From: a virus
Taxonomy: Duplodnaviria; Caudoviricetes
DNA length: 24,988 nt
Reading direction: 5' to 3' (one strand)
IMG/VR virus record: IMGVR_UViG_3300037424_001210
Location: 1-24,988 of that record
A program made the translations under genes and the position numbers. This document shows positions 17,297 to 24,868 of this stretch, one piece after another. The notes under the pieces are model-generated. The model was not told where the DNA came from and made no database searches. It saw nothing but the letters and a program-made list of their open reading frames with translations. Each line of letters begins with the position of its first letter. Position 1 is the first letter of the stretch.

Positions 17297-18172
17297 AGCT
17301 GTGGCTCCTTTGTTGGCCCTGGCAACACCGGCCGGGCTCTTCTGTTGGTTGATTTTGGCGATCAGGGCTTCGAGGGTGGAAACACCGTCCACCAGCCCGG
17401 CGTCGATGCCTTGGCTCCCGATAAACATGCGGCCGTCGGCGATCCTGGCTTGCACCATGGCCGGGTCCATTCCGCGATTTGCGGCGATATCATTGACCAT
17501 CGCCACATGCACCGCCTGGATCTGGCTTTCGATGTAAGTGCGGCCCTCCGCCGTCAGCGGCGAAAAGCGGCTGTCGATGCGCTTCATCGGTCCGGAGGTG
17601 ATTTCGTTGGTCTTTCTGCCGGCCATTCTTTCGGCTTCGCTGATATCGACGTGGCTGGTCACAACACTGACCGAGCCGACCATCGCCACCTCGCTGCTGA
17701 TGTAGGTGCCGTCAGTGGCTGAAAACAGCCAGACACCGGCGCTGGCAAGCATATTTTCGGTCCAGGTGTACATCGGTTTTTGACCGCGAACACTGCGCAG
17801 GTAGGCGGCTGTCTCGGAAACGCCGGAAACCACACCGCCCGGCGTGCCGACAATAAAGATCAGCCCGCGCACCTGCGGATCGGCCATCGCCTGCCCGACG
17901 TCGCGCTTGAGCAGGTCGAGAGAGATGCCGCCGGAAACCTGTGTAAAAAGATTGGCGCGCTGCATGATCGGGCCGTCGAGATCAAACAGGGCGACGCCAT
18001 CGACAAGCTGATAGCCCTGCGGTTCTTTTTTAAGCGGCCGGCCGAGACGCTCTTCGATGGCGGCAACGTCGATCTTGTCGCCGCGCATGTGCGTTTTGTA
18101 GATCGCCTGTATTTCAGTGAGCATGTCGGGCGTGATTGCCCACATGCCATTGACGATATCGATCAGCTTCAT
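16718..18172 (-). CDS. S49 (SppA/ClpP-like) prohead protease fused to scaffold, lambda gpC-like (about 484 aa)
   Basis: Start MKLIDIVNG at 18172 (ATGA overlap with the portal). Motifs GTPGG, KPMY, LASAGVWLFSA, VGSVSV and GLVDGV. Confidence 0.9.
   Translation of the reverse strand: MKLIDIVNGMWAITPDMLTEIQAIYKTHMRGDKIDVAAIEERLGRPLKKEPQGYQLVDGVALFDLDGPIMQRANLFTQVSGGISLDLLKRDVGQAMADPQVRGLIFIVGTPGGVVSGVSETAAYLRSVRGQKPMYTWTENMLASAGVWLFSATDGTYISSEVAMVGSVSVVTSHVDISEAERMAGRKTNEITSGPMKRIDSRFSPLTAEGRTYIESQIQAVHVAMVNDIAANRGMDPAMVQARIADGRMFIGSQGIDAGLVDGVSTLEALIAKINQQKSPAGVARANKGATAMTIQEFQSASPDLFAQIQAGAREGYVLAADGAMPAGPMCGTCACKSCEGGECASCMKNPHKAAASAEGARIQAVEAQLIPGHEALIAALKFDGQTTGEQAAAAVIAAEKGVRTAHLAALEGDAPPVVPAADVTPGADVTPGAGIDPNAPIEERAQAEWDKDADLRAEFGGKFGAYLAYRTHAESGRARVLKK
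16870..16909. repeat. 18-bp tandem repeat encoding ADVTPG x2
   Basis: GGCACCGGGCGTGACATC at 16871-16888 and 16889-16906. Confidence 0.9.
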
Positions 18173-19752
18173 TCTTCGTCCTCCGGGTCTGGCATTACAG
18201 GTGTGGCCGGCGCGGCTTCTTCCATCTCCAGGCCATCGGCTAGGCGCATGCGCCGCTCTTTGGCGCGCTGGGTGTGCTTGCGCTCCCAATCGCCGCCGGT
18301 GAGGGCGGCGGTTTCTTCGGCCAGGGTCGAGACGCCTTCTTTGATACGCAGACTGGCGGCCTTGATCGCTTTGGTTTCGTCGATCTGCCCCGGCGCATCG
18401 CCGGTCCAGTCGCAGCCGAGATAGGCCATGCGGATGAGCGGGTCGGCAAAGAAGCCGGGGGCGGCCAAGCGGCCGCGGGCGATCGCTTCGGTGATAACTT
18501 CGTCCCAAATCGGCTGGCAGTATTCGTCGGCCAGCCAGCAGCGCGAACGCATGAAAAAGCGCCAGGCTTCGAGCAGGGCGGCGCGGGCGGCCGAGTAGCT
18601 GGCGGTGAAATGCTTGAGTAGGATTTCTTTCGGTAACTCCAAGGCAACGCCGATCTGTTCGGCCATCGCCTGCAAGAACGCCTCGGCGTGGGTGTTCGGT
18701 CGTTTCGGGTCGGCAAATAAAACCTCTTCGTCATGCCGCAGGCCGAGCACGTTGCCGGAACCGAGCTTGATGTCGCGGGTATCCGGCGCAGTCGGTGCAG
18801 TGGTTGTCCCGCCGGGCGGCTGCATGTTGAGCTGCGGGTTGCCGGTGGCGGTCTTGACGAAGACAGTGAAAAGCGAGGCGACGGTGGCGGCGTGGATCTC
18901 ATTTTCGGTGTAGGTAGCAAATTGCTTGAGCAGCTCGATCACCGGCGCCAGATCGGGGACGCCGCGCGTCTGGCCGGGGCGCAATTTGCGGTAGATGTGC
19001 AGGATCTGCCGGCGGCCGGCGCGGTTGTAAACGGGGATCGGCGCGAGCCATTCGCGCTTGCCGCCCGGGCGCAGGTTGCCGGGATGGTGCTTGGCGACGT
19101 GGATCTGTGCCGGGGCGCCATCGGCGTCTTTTTCGATGCCGGCGGTCAGGGTGACGGTGTCGGCGGCGTTGCTCGGGTTGCAGACACGATCGGCCTCGAT
19201 GAAATTCAGGCGCAGGGTGTACGGGTTGCCGGGGCGGGCTTTACGCGGCAGGTTGACGAAGATGTCGCCCGCCGACAGCACCGAGCGGAAGACCAGATCC
19301 TGCGACTGCAGAAAGTTGTGGCCGTGCTCGATGTCGAAATCCTTGCCGCTGGTGGCCAGCTTGAATTCGCGCTCGGCGGCGCGCTCCCAGGCGTCGGCTT
19401 CTTCGGTGCTGAGGCCGGTGAGGATTTCGCGGTCGATGCTGGCGCGCGGCTTGAGGCCGGTGCCGACGACCGAGGTCACCTTGGTGGCGATGGCGCCGGC
19501 GGCGATTGGGGCGTTGCGCTCGAGATCGCGGGAGCGGGCGCGCAGGGTGGCGAGATCGGGGATGATGACGGCATCGGCATCGCCGTTGCCGGCCTGCCAG
19601 GAGGATGTTTGCCGGCGGTCTTTGCGCCCGCCGGTATAGCCGCCGGCGATGGCGAGCATCATGCGAGCGCGATAGCGCTCAGCGGCCAGAGTGGGGTTGA
19701 CGTAGCCGATGAAGCGGTCGAGAAGATTTTGCCGGACCTCGGGGAGCTTCAT
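18169..19752 (-). CDS. Portal protein, lambda gpB family (527 aa)
   Basis: LRARSRDLERN, IEAD, RPGQTRGVPDLAPV, SYSAARAALLE and IDETK motifs. Confidence 0.95.
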   Translation of the reverse strand: MKLPEVRQNLLDRFIGYVNPTLAAERYRARMMLAIAGGYTGGRKDRRQTSSWQAGNGDADAVIIPDLATLRARSRDLERNAPIAAGAIATKVTSVVGTGLKPRASIDREILTGLSTEEADAWERAAEREFKLATSGKDFDIEHGHNFLQSQDLVFRSVLSAGDIFVNLPRKARPGNPYTLRLNFIEADRVCNPSNAADTVTLTAGIEKDADGAPAQIHVAKHHPGNLRPGGKREWLAPIPVYNRAGRRQILHIYRKLRPGQTRGVPDLAPVIELLKQFATYTENEIHAATVASLFTVFVKTATGNPQLNMQPPGGTTTAPTAPDTRDIKLGSGNVLGLRHDEEVLFADPKRPNTHAEAFLQAMAEQIGVALELPKEILLKHFTASYSAARAALLEAWRFFMRSRCWLADEYCQPIWDEVITEAIARGRLAAPGFFADPLIRMAYLGCDWTGDAPGQIDETKAIKAASLRIKEGVSTLAEETAALTGGDWERKHTQRAKERRMRLADGLEMEEAAPATPVMPDPEDEE

Positions 19753-19991
19753 TCGAAAATGACCCCCACGGCTTCAATGCCGGTGCGGCCGCTGGCATTC
19801 GGCGCCAGCCGCTGGCACCAGCCGTTCCAGTAGTCGATATTTTTACGGATGACGTCGGCGTCGGCGAGGGTGAACTCCCGATCACCGGCGCTGGAGCGGT
19901 GCTTGATCGACTGCCCGCCGCCGACCGCTTCGTCGACGCTGATCCAGTAAGCGAGTTTTGCTTCGGCAATAGCGAGGGTGATGCCGGCCAT
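19749..19991 (-). CDS. gpW-like head completion protein (80 aa)
   Basis: MAGITLAIAEAKLAYW...GQS...REFTLAD; lies between terminase and portal; GGAGG RBS; ATGA overlap with the portal. Confidence 0.75.
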   Translation of the reverse strand: MAGITLAIAEAKLAYWISVDEAVGGGQSIKHRSSAGDREFTLADADVIRKNIDYWNGWCQRLAPNASGRTGIEAVGVIFE

Positions 19992-20040
19992 GCGGCCTCC
20001 CGGTAATTAGAAAACGAGTCGGTTTTCTAGCGTTGCCGGG

Positions 20041-20092
20041 ATTCTAGGGGAGAAAAAGCGAAGGCGGGGAGTGAGGCTTTGCTGGACTTTGC
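20041..20092 (-). promoter_or_regulatory. Candidate activator-dependent head-gene promoter
   Basis: TAGAAT -10 (20041-20046, minus strand) with no consensus -35; GCAAAG direct repeats 10 bp apart (20077-20082, 20087-20092). Confidence 0.4.
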
Positions 20093-20157
20093 ACGAAATG
20101 TTGTGGTATGTGAAAATTATTGTCTAGGTGTGGTGGTTTTTGGCTGGCAGAAAGCAG

Positions 20158-20182
20158 CAGGGCCGGCGAATTGCCGGCCCTG
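20158..20182 (-). terminator. GC-rich hairpin, probable terminator
   Basis: CAGGGCCGGC-GAATT-GCCGGCCCTG, perfect 10-bp stem; only a weak U-tract (CTGCTTTCT) on the minus strand. Confidence 0.5.
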
Positions 20183-20193
20183 GATGACGGGGT

Positions 20194-20324
20194 GTTATGT
20201 GGTGGCGGGATTCGAACCCCTACCGGACTCCTCTCGGCTGCGCGTGTCGCCTGTCCGTTTGCCATTTCTGACTTGCAGCGTGTCTCCTGAGCCTCCGCAC
20301 TGGCCCAACGCCTCACCACATAAC
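20194..20324 (-). ncRNA. tRNA-like structured RNA (about 131 nt)
   Basis: 11-bp closing stem GTTATGTGGTG/CACCACATAAC and a T-loop GGG-TTCGAAT-CCC just before the 3' strand; no clean D or anticodon arm. Confidence 0.45.
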
Positions 20325-20568
20325 GGCGGCTTTCTTGTTATTTAAAACCAAGATTTTCTTTTACTGCTTTGCAAAAATCAGAAAAGGCAAGAGACGCCTC
20401 AGTAAGTGCGCGGGCGAGTGTTCCTTGTGTTTTTTGAAGTATGTCTGCGTTAGAAACTGAATCCGGAAAAGAGAAGCTTTTTCGCAGCGCATCGGCAAGC
20501 TTTTGCTTATCAAGCATAAATACCTCCTAGAAAATTTCGTTTTTACCATAAAATCATTAATTGCGATA

Positions 20569-20829
20569 CTACCCTCCAGCCCGGTGTTGCAGCGACCGCT
20601 GCACGCAGCGCAGGCGGTATTGTTCGACCGACCAGGCGGTCACGCGCGTCCCGGCGCGGCCAGGCGTGTCGTTGGCTTCTTCGAGTTGGGCCTCTTCGAT
20701 CAACTTAAACACCTTGCGCACCGAGCAGCCGAGGAGCGCCGCCGCCTTGACCGGCGATAGCAGGGTATTGCGCAGGACGAATTCGCCGTGGATGCGCTTG
20801 ATTTCTTCGTGGCTGATCGTCTCGGTCAT
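20569..20829 (-). CDS. Excisionase-like HTH DNA-binding protein (86 aa)
   Basis: Start MTETIS at 20829 (ATGA overlap with terL); LLSPVKAAALLGCSVRKVFKLIEEAQL...TRV is an HTH_17/Xis-type winged helix. Confidence 0.8.
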   Translation of the reverse strand: MTETISHEEIKRIHGEFVLRNTLLSPVKAAALLGCSVRKVFKLIEEAQLEEANDTPGRAGTRVTAWSVEQYRLRCVQRSLQHRAGG

Positions 20830-22730
20830 CGCTGAACTCCTTCGCTGTAAACGCGGCGTGGCGGCGGGGTGTTGGTGGCGGCGTCCGCCGGCCGCTGCCA
20901 GAATTTGACCTGGGCGATCTCGACGAGCGCCAGCTCCATGTAACTGCAATCCCAAAAATGATTCGGGCGCTTTTTCGGGTTGACCCAGAAACCATGCTCG
21001 TCGCGCCCCTCGCTGCACATCTGCCGGGCGAAATCGACATCGATATCTTTGTGCAGGTGCCAGGCGCCGGGGTCGGTCGGGTTGACGAGAAGCTTGGCCG
21101 CCAGGCGGTCTTTGTAGTGCTTGCTGTTGAGGGTGTAGAGCTGCACGGCGCCGGGGAGCGGTTTGTTGGTGCCGGGAAGGCGGTCGAGCTGGGTCATGCG
21201 GTGCGGCGCGGTCATCGACTTCATGCCTTTGAAGAGCAGCATGCCGGGGTTGGCGCAGGCGAAGAGGTACGCCTCGGCGGTGCGCGACAGGTCGGCGTAT
21301 TCTTCGGACTCGCCGCCGCCGGAGTCCATGCCGCGCAGGGTGACGATGTGCTTGTTGCCGGCGACATCTTGGAATTCGGATTCATAGAAAAGCTTGCGCA
21401 GCGACTCCCACGAATCGAGAAAGCCGGTTTTCAGCGTCCAGTTTTCGAGTTCGAGGCCGAAGCCCCAGGCGGTGATCTTGAACCAGAAGCCGCGCTTTTG
21501 CATGTCGGCGACGGCGGTGATGCAGCTGATCGGCACCGACGGCACCAGCCCCTCGGGGCGGTCGTCGCGCAGCAGCAGGATGGCATCCTCTTTGCGCTCG
21601 GCGAAATCCTCTTTGTGATCGATGCACTGATAACCGTGCGCATAATCGCGCCGGGCCGACAAATCGCCGCCCTTGGCGAGCAGATATTTCTCGGCGATCT
21701 CCGCCAGCGGCACCATGGCGATCGGCAGCGCCGGCCAGTGAAAGCCGACCGTAGACGGCCGCGCGACATCGGCGCCCTTGATGCAGAGGTCGCGGCCGTT
21801 TTTGTACGCCATCTGGCGGTCCGATTCGGTCCATTCGACGCCGCAAATATTGCAGGCGTAGAAAACCGGCGCTTCACCGCTTTTGATTTCGTCTGCAGTC
21901 GCCTTGTCCGGGATGATCAGGTGCTCGTCATCCATCAGGATATATTCGCCGCAGTGCGGACATTGCGGGCCCCATGTCCAGATCTGCCGGCAACGCAGCA
22001 TTCCCTCGTAAATAAACCGCCCGGCCGGCGTCGAGCCGAACATGAATTTAGCGCTCTTCGAATCACGGCCGCGCTTGTAAAGCAGTTTGATCGGGTCGGC
22101 TTCCGGGCCGGTGATCGGCGGGAACTTATCGACCTCATTGCCGAAATTGTGCAGGCCAAAAAAGTTTGCCATCGTGCGGGCGCTGTTGGCACTGGCCGGG
22201 AACAGGTAAATGCCGTGGTTGAAGGCAATCAGCGTTTTGCCGGTATCGTCGGCGCGGTCGGAAAGGTATTTCCGCATTTCCTGCGATTCTCGATACATCG
22301 GGATAATTTTTGTTTTTAGGTTTTTCCCGGCGTCTTCTTCGCCGGGCTCAAGCCAGAAAATATTGCCCGGCTTGTGGCGCACGCTCCACAGTTGGCAATT
22401 AAGCATAACGTTGGTTTTTGCCGCCCGCTCAACGCCGCAAATCCACTCTTCACGCAACCACGGCAGGCCGTAGGTGTCCATGGCCTTGACCGTGTGCGGC
22501 ACCAGATCGTTGCGCCACGGCCCAGGCTCGGCATCGACCCCCGTCACCCAGCGATATTTTTCCGCCGCCTCGGAAACTTTGATCATCATCGGCGAGCGCA
22601 GCCGCAGACGCACGGCTTTCGGGATCTCGACTTCGACGACGCGGCCGGTCAGCGCAGCGGACAGGCGCGGCGGCAGCCAGTCTGGGACGGGCAGGCGGCG
22701 GGTGAGGGTTGCGGCGAGGGCGGTTTGCAT
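20826..22730 (-). CDS. terL: Terminase large subunit, lambda GpA family (634 aa)
   Basis: PGPWRND, Walker A-like ERAAKT, Walker B-like NEVDKF, GSTP, CPHCGE, ADMQ, MDSGG, FARQMCSE and RPNHFWDC motifs. Confidence 0.95.
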   Translation of the reverse strand: MQTALAATLTRRLPVPDWLPPRLSAALTGRVVEVEIPKAVRLRLRSPMMIKVSEAAEKYRWVTGVDAEPGPWRNDLVPHTVKAMDTYGLPWLREEWICGVERAAKTNVMLNCQLWSVRHKPGNIFWLEPGEEDAGKNLKTKIIPMYRESQEMRKYLSDRADDTGKTLIAFNHGIYLFPASANSARTMANFFGLHNFGNEVDKFPPITGPEADPIKLLYKRGRDSKSAKFMFGSTPAGRFIYEGMLRCRQIWTWGPQCPHCGEYILMDDEHLIIPDKATADEIKSGEAPVFYACNICGVEWTESDRQMAYKNGRDLCIKGADVARPSTVGFHWPALPIAMVPLAEIAEKYLLAKGGDLSARRDYAHGYQCIDHKEDFAERKEDAILLLRDDRPEGLVPSVPISCITAVADMQKRGFWFKITAWGFGLELENWTLKTGFLDSWESLRKLFYESEFQDVAGNKHIVTLRGMDSGGGESEEYADLSRTAEAYLFACANPGMLLFKGMKSMTAPHRMTQLDRLPGTNKPLPGAVQLYTLNSKHYKDRLAAKLLVNPTDPGAWHLHKDIDVDFARQMCSEGRDEHGFWVNPKKRPNHFWDCSYMELALVEIAQVKFWQRPADAATNTPPPRRVYSEGVQR

Positions 22731-22966
22731 TATTCCTCTTCCACAGCTAACAGTTTTTTACCCGATGTCGTCAGCCAGCCAGTCCGGAGAGAAACACCGC
22801 ACTCGATAAAACCTCGATCCTGTGCGCGCTCCGTGGCTCGATAACACACCTTTTCTGGCTGCCCTGTAATGCGCGCAAGAATTTCATATGGGAAGCTTTC
22901 GCGGTTTTCCCCGTATTCGGCGTAGGCTTCGCAGACCTGCTTGTCAGATATGTCCTTCATCGCCAT
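22730..22966 (-). CDS. Hypothetical phage protein, winged-helix-like (78 aa)
   Basis: TAATG overlap with terL; LARITGQPEKVCYRATERAQDRGFIECGVSLRTGWLT; visibly AT-richer than its neighbours. Confidence 0.7.
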   Translation of the reverse strand: MAMKDISDKQVCEAYAEYGENRESFPYEILARITGQPEKVCYRATERAQDRGFIECGVSLRTGWLTTSGKKLLAVEEE

Positions 22967-22968
22967 GA

Positions 22969-23523
22969 TCAGCCATCCTCCTCGCTTTCAAACATCACCT
23001 CAACCCGCCCCGCCCCGGCCAGTTCGTTGAACGCCCTGGCGAAGATTTCTGACTCGATTCCTTCGCAGACTTCCGCCGCCCGGCCGGGATCGCCGCCGGC
23101 CAGGTGGAGGATAGCGGCGGCGGAGCGGTGCGCGTGGTGGCGCAGGCTGTCGCGCAGCAGGCCGACGATGCCGGCCATCTGGGCGAAGGCGTCGTCTTTC
23201 AATATCCAGCGCGCATCCTCGGCGCGCTTCTCGCGCTCCAACTTGTCGACCTTCAGCTCGCGCTCGCGCAATTCCAGATTGTCGAGCTTCTGCTGCCGAT
23301 CGGCCAGCCCCATATCCCGGCTCGGCCCGGCGGGGCCGGTCTTGTGCTCGGCTTTGATGTAGGCGAGAAGATCGGCGAGCTTGATTGTCTTGTCCGGCTG
23401 CACCAGGGCGAGTTTCTCGCAATCCTCATAAAATTTCGTCTGCCCGACGGCGATGCTCTCCGCTTTAAGCCAGCGGTGAGCGGCGACGCGGTTTTTGAAA
23501 TTGTCGGGCGCGCGGTTGGTCAT
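22969..23523 (-). CDS. Probable terminase small subunit (about 184 aa)
   Basis: Start MTNRAPDN at 23523, overlapping the intI stop (TGATG). N-terminal DNA-binding-like region, central coiled coil (QQKLDNLELRERELKVDKLERE), Nu1-like layout, upstream of terL. Assignment is by layout and synteny. Confidence 0.65.
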   Translation of the reverse strand: MTNRAPDNFKNRVAAHRWLKAESIAVGQTKFYEDCEKLALVQPDKTIKLADLLAYIKAEHKTGPAGPSRDMGLADRQQKLDNLELRERELKVDKLEREKRAEDARWILKDDAFAQMAGIVGLLRDSLRHHAHRSAAAILHLAGGDPGRAAEVCEGIESEIFARAFNELAGAGRVEVMFESEEDG

Positions 23524-24497
23524 CAGGCCACCAGATCGAGAGGGGAGCGCACCCCGGCGCCGTGCTGGGCGACGTGGGTGTAAATCTGTGTCGTGCGCAC
23601 ATCGGCGTGGCCGAGCAGCTCTTGCACGGTGCGGATATCGGAGCCGGCTTCGATAAGGTGCGTGGCGAACGAATGGCGGAAGGTGTGGCAGCCGGCGGGC
23701 TTGGCGATGCCGGCGCGGCGGATCGCCGCCTTGACCGCTTTTTGCAGCGCGGACGGGTGCAGGTGATGCCGGCGCAGCGCTCCCGGCTGGCCGTCCCGCG
23801 TCCAGGCGGTGGGGGCCGAAGCGGGGAAAACGTATTGCCAGCCCCACTGCAACGGCGCCTGCGGGTATTTGCGCACCAGCGCCTCATCCAGACTGGCGCC
23901 GATGCCGGCCTTGAAGTCGGCGGCATGCAGGCGGCGGATCTTGTCCAGGTGCTGCTGCAGGGCGAATACGAGAGAGGCTGGCAGACAGGTGACGCGGTCT
24001 TTGTCGCCTTTGCCGCAGCGGACGGTGACGGTGCGGCGGTCGAAGTCGAGATCCTTGACGCGCAATTTGAGAACTTCGGAGAGGCGCAGGCCGGCGCCGT
24101 ACAGCAGCGACGCCATCAGCCAGGGATCGTCTTTGAGCTGATCGAGAACGCGGGTGACCTCCTGCCGGGTGAAAACGGCGGGCAGACGCTTGCTGCGCTT
24201 GGCGCGAATGGCGTCGATATCGCCGAGCGGCTGGCGCAACACCTCGCCGTACAGGAAAACGAGCGCATTCATCGCCTGATTCTGCGTGCTGGCGCTGACC
24301 CGCTTCTGCACGGCGAGCCACGAAAGGAAGGCAGTCACCTCGGCGGTGCCGGTCTCAGCGGTGCCGGCCTTGATCCGGTCAACGTGAAAAGCGATGTACC
24401 GGCGCGCCCAGCCGACGTAGGTCTTCTCGGTAGCGAGGCTGTAATGCTTCAGCCGTATTTTCGCGCGTAGCGTATCGATGATTTCTTGATTTTTCAC
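23523..24497 (-). CDS. intI: Integron integrase (IntI-type tyrosine recombinase, about 324 aa)
   Basis: GTG start at 24497 after a GGAGG RBS. N-terminal IRLKHYSLATEKTYVGW and VSASTQNQAMNALVFLY; catalytic LYGAGLR, GKGDKDR, HTFRHSFATHL and LLGHADVRTTQIYTHV; IntI-specific insertion LDEALVRKYPQAPLQWGWQYVFPA...RRHHLH. Confidence 0.96.
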   Translation of the reverse strand: MKNQEIIDTLRAKIRLKHYSLATEKTYVGWARRYIAFHVDRIKAGTAETGTAEVTAFLSWLAVQKRVSASTQNQAMNALVFLYGEVLRQPLGDIDAIRAKRSKRLPAVFTRQEVTRVLDQLKDDPWLMASLLYGAGLRLSEVLKLRVKDLDFDRRTVTVRCGKGDKDRVTCLPASLVFALQQHLDKIRRLHAADFKAGIGASLDEALVRKYPQAPLQWGWQYVFPASAPTAWTRDGQPGALRRHHLHPSALQKAVKAAIRRAGIAKPAGCHTFRHSFATHLIEAGSDIRTVQELLGHADVRTTQIYTHVAQHGAGVRSPLDLVA

Positions 24498-24519
24498 GGT
24501 GTTGCCCTCCTTTCGTGGC

Positions 24520-24559
24520 GTGATATGCCGCCGGGATGGCGGGAGATTATTGGTTCGGC
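24520..24559 (+). other. Putative attI site; crossover G/TTCGGC at 24553/24554
   Basis: GTT core 56 bp upstream of the intI start, pointing away from intI. It has no attC-type left arm, and its downstream bases are complementary to the next attC R''. The left boundary is approximate. Confidence 0.7.
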
Positions 24560-24862
24560 GGCTAGAAATTGATTGAGACTCCAATTCCGTTCCAAAGAGC
24601 GTCCCTCGTCAGGGTAATATTTATCCCTGCAACCCTCACGAACCAATACGGTTTTCCCTGGATGATACCCTTCTGGTTATGGTGATAATGGAAAAACCAT
24701 TTCTTTAAAGGGCCGCGTTTATGGGTCAACCAAGGGGCAATGATCTCAATGTTCAACCTCATACCTACCTCGCTCGAAAAGCGCCGCCGAACCAAAATTT
24801 GAAGCGGAAGGTTCAACGGCAGTGGGTTGTTTCAGCGGCTTCCGCCTCCGCTTAAATTGGTG
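24554..24862 (+). mobile_element. Integron gene cassette 1 (309 bp)
   Basis: Begins TTCGGCGGC and ends at the G of GTTAGAT. Circularisation regenerates GCCGCCGAAC...G/TTCGGCGGC, a perfect 10-bp R''/R' pair. Carries one ORF. Confidence 0.85.
24562..24762 (-). CDS. Cassette-borne hypothetical protein (66 aa)
   Basis: MRLNIEIIAPWLTHKRG...SINF*; GAGGTAGG RBS before ATG 24762; fills the cassette; AT-richer than the phage core. Confidence 0.7.
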   Translation of the reverse strand: MRLNIEIIAPWLTHKRGPLKKWFFHYHHNQKGIIQGKPYWFVRVAGINITLTRDALWNGIGVSINF

Positions 24863-24868
24863 TTAGAT
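24786..24868 (+). other. attC site (83 bp)
   Basis: R'' GCCGAAC, spacer CAAAA, L'' TTT(G)AAGCGG(A)AGG ... CCTCCGCTTAAA L', spacer TTGGT, R' GTTAGAT. The two unpaired bases (G24801 and A24808/9) sit in the left arm with the 3-nt/6-nt spacing of attC-aadA7. Confidence 0.9.

Noticed and set aside
20194-20324. Canonical tRNA, including tRNA-Sec
   Set aside because: T stem imperfect, no recognisable D or anticodon arm, and too long; kept only as a tRNA-like candidate.
20361-20549. 62-aa ORF MVKTKFSRR
   Set aside because: No clear RBS or motif in an AT-rich spacer; cannot be supported as a gene.
2477-24470. Long plus-strand ORFs (e.g. 2477..3826, 6268..7302, 8735..9754, 15953..17722, 20958..22319, 23562..24470)
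   Set aside because: Antisense shadows of GC-rich minus-strand phage genes; no recognisable motifs.
23523-24497. Calling the recombinase an ordinary prophage integrase or XerC/D
   Set aside because: It carries the IntI-specific insertion, lies far from the tRNA att end and sits next to attI/attC sites.
24498-24562. LexA box upstream of intI, or a second attC at 24527-24562
   Set aside because: No LexA consensus I can recognise. GCCGCCG/CGGCGGC can pair, but there is no AAC-ending R'' or L box, so attI fits better.
3776-24584. Extended N-termini in the ORF track (starts at 4180, 11019, 13642, 14894, 18508, 21018, 23847, 24584)
   Set aside because: They overlap upstream genes or intergenic hairpins; downstream starts have an RBS and/or stop-start overlaps.
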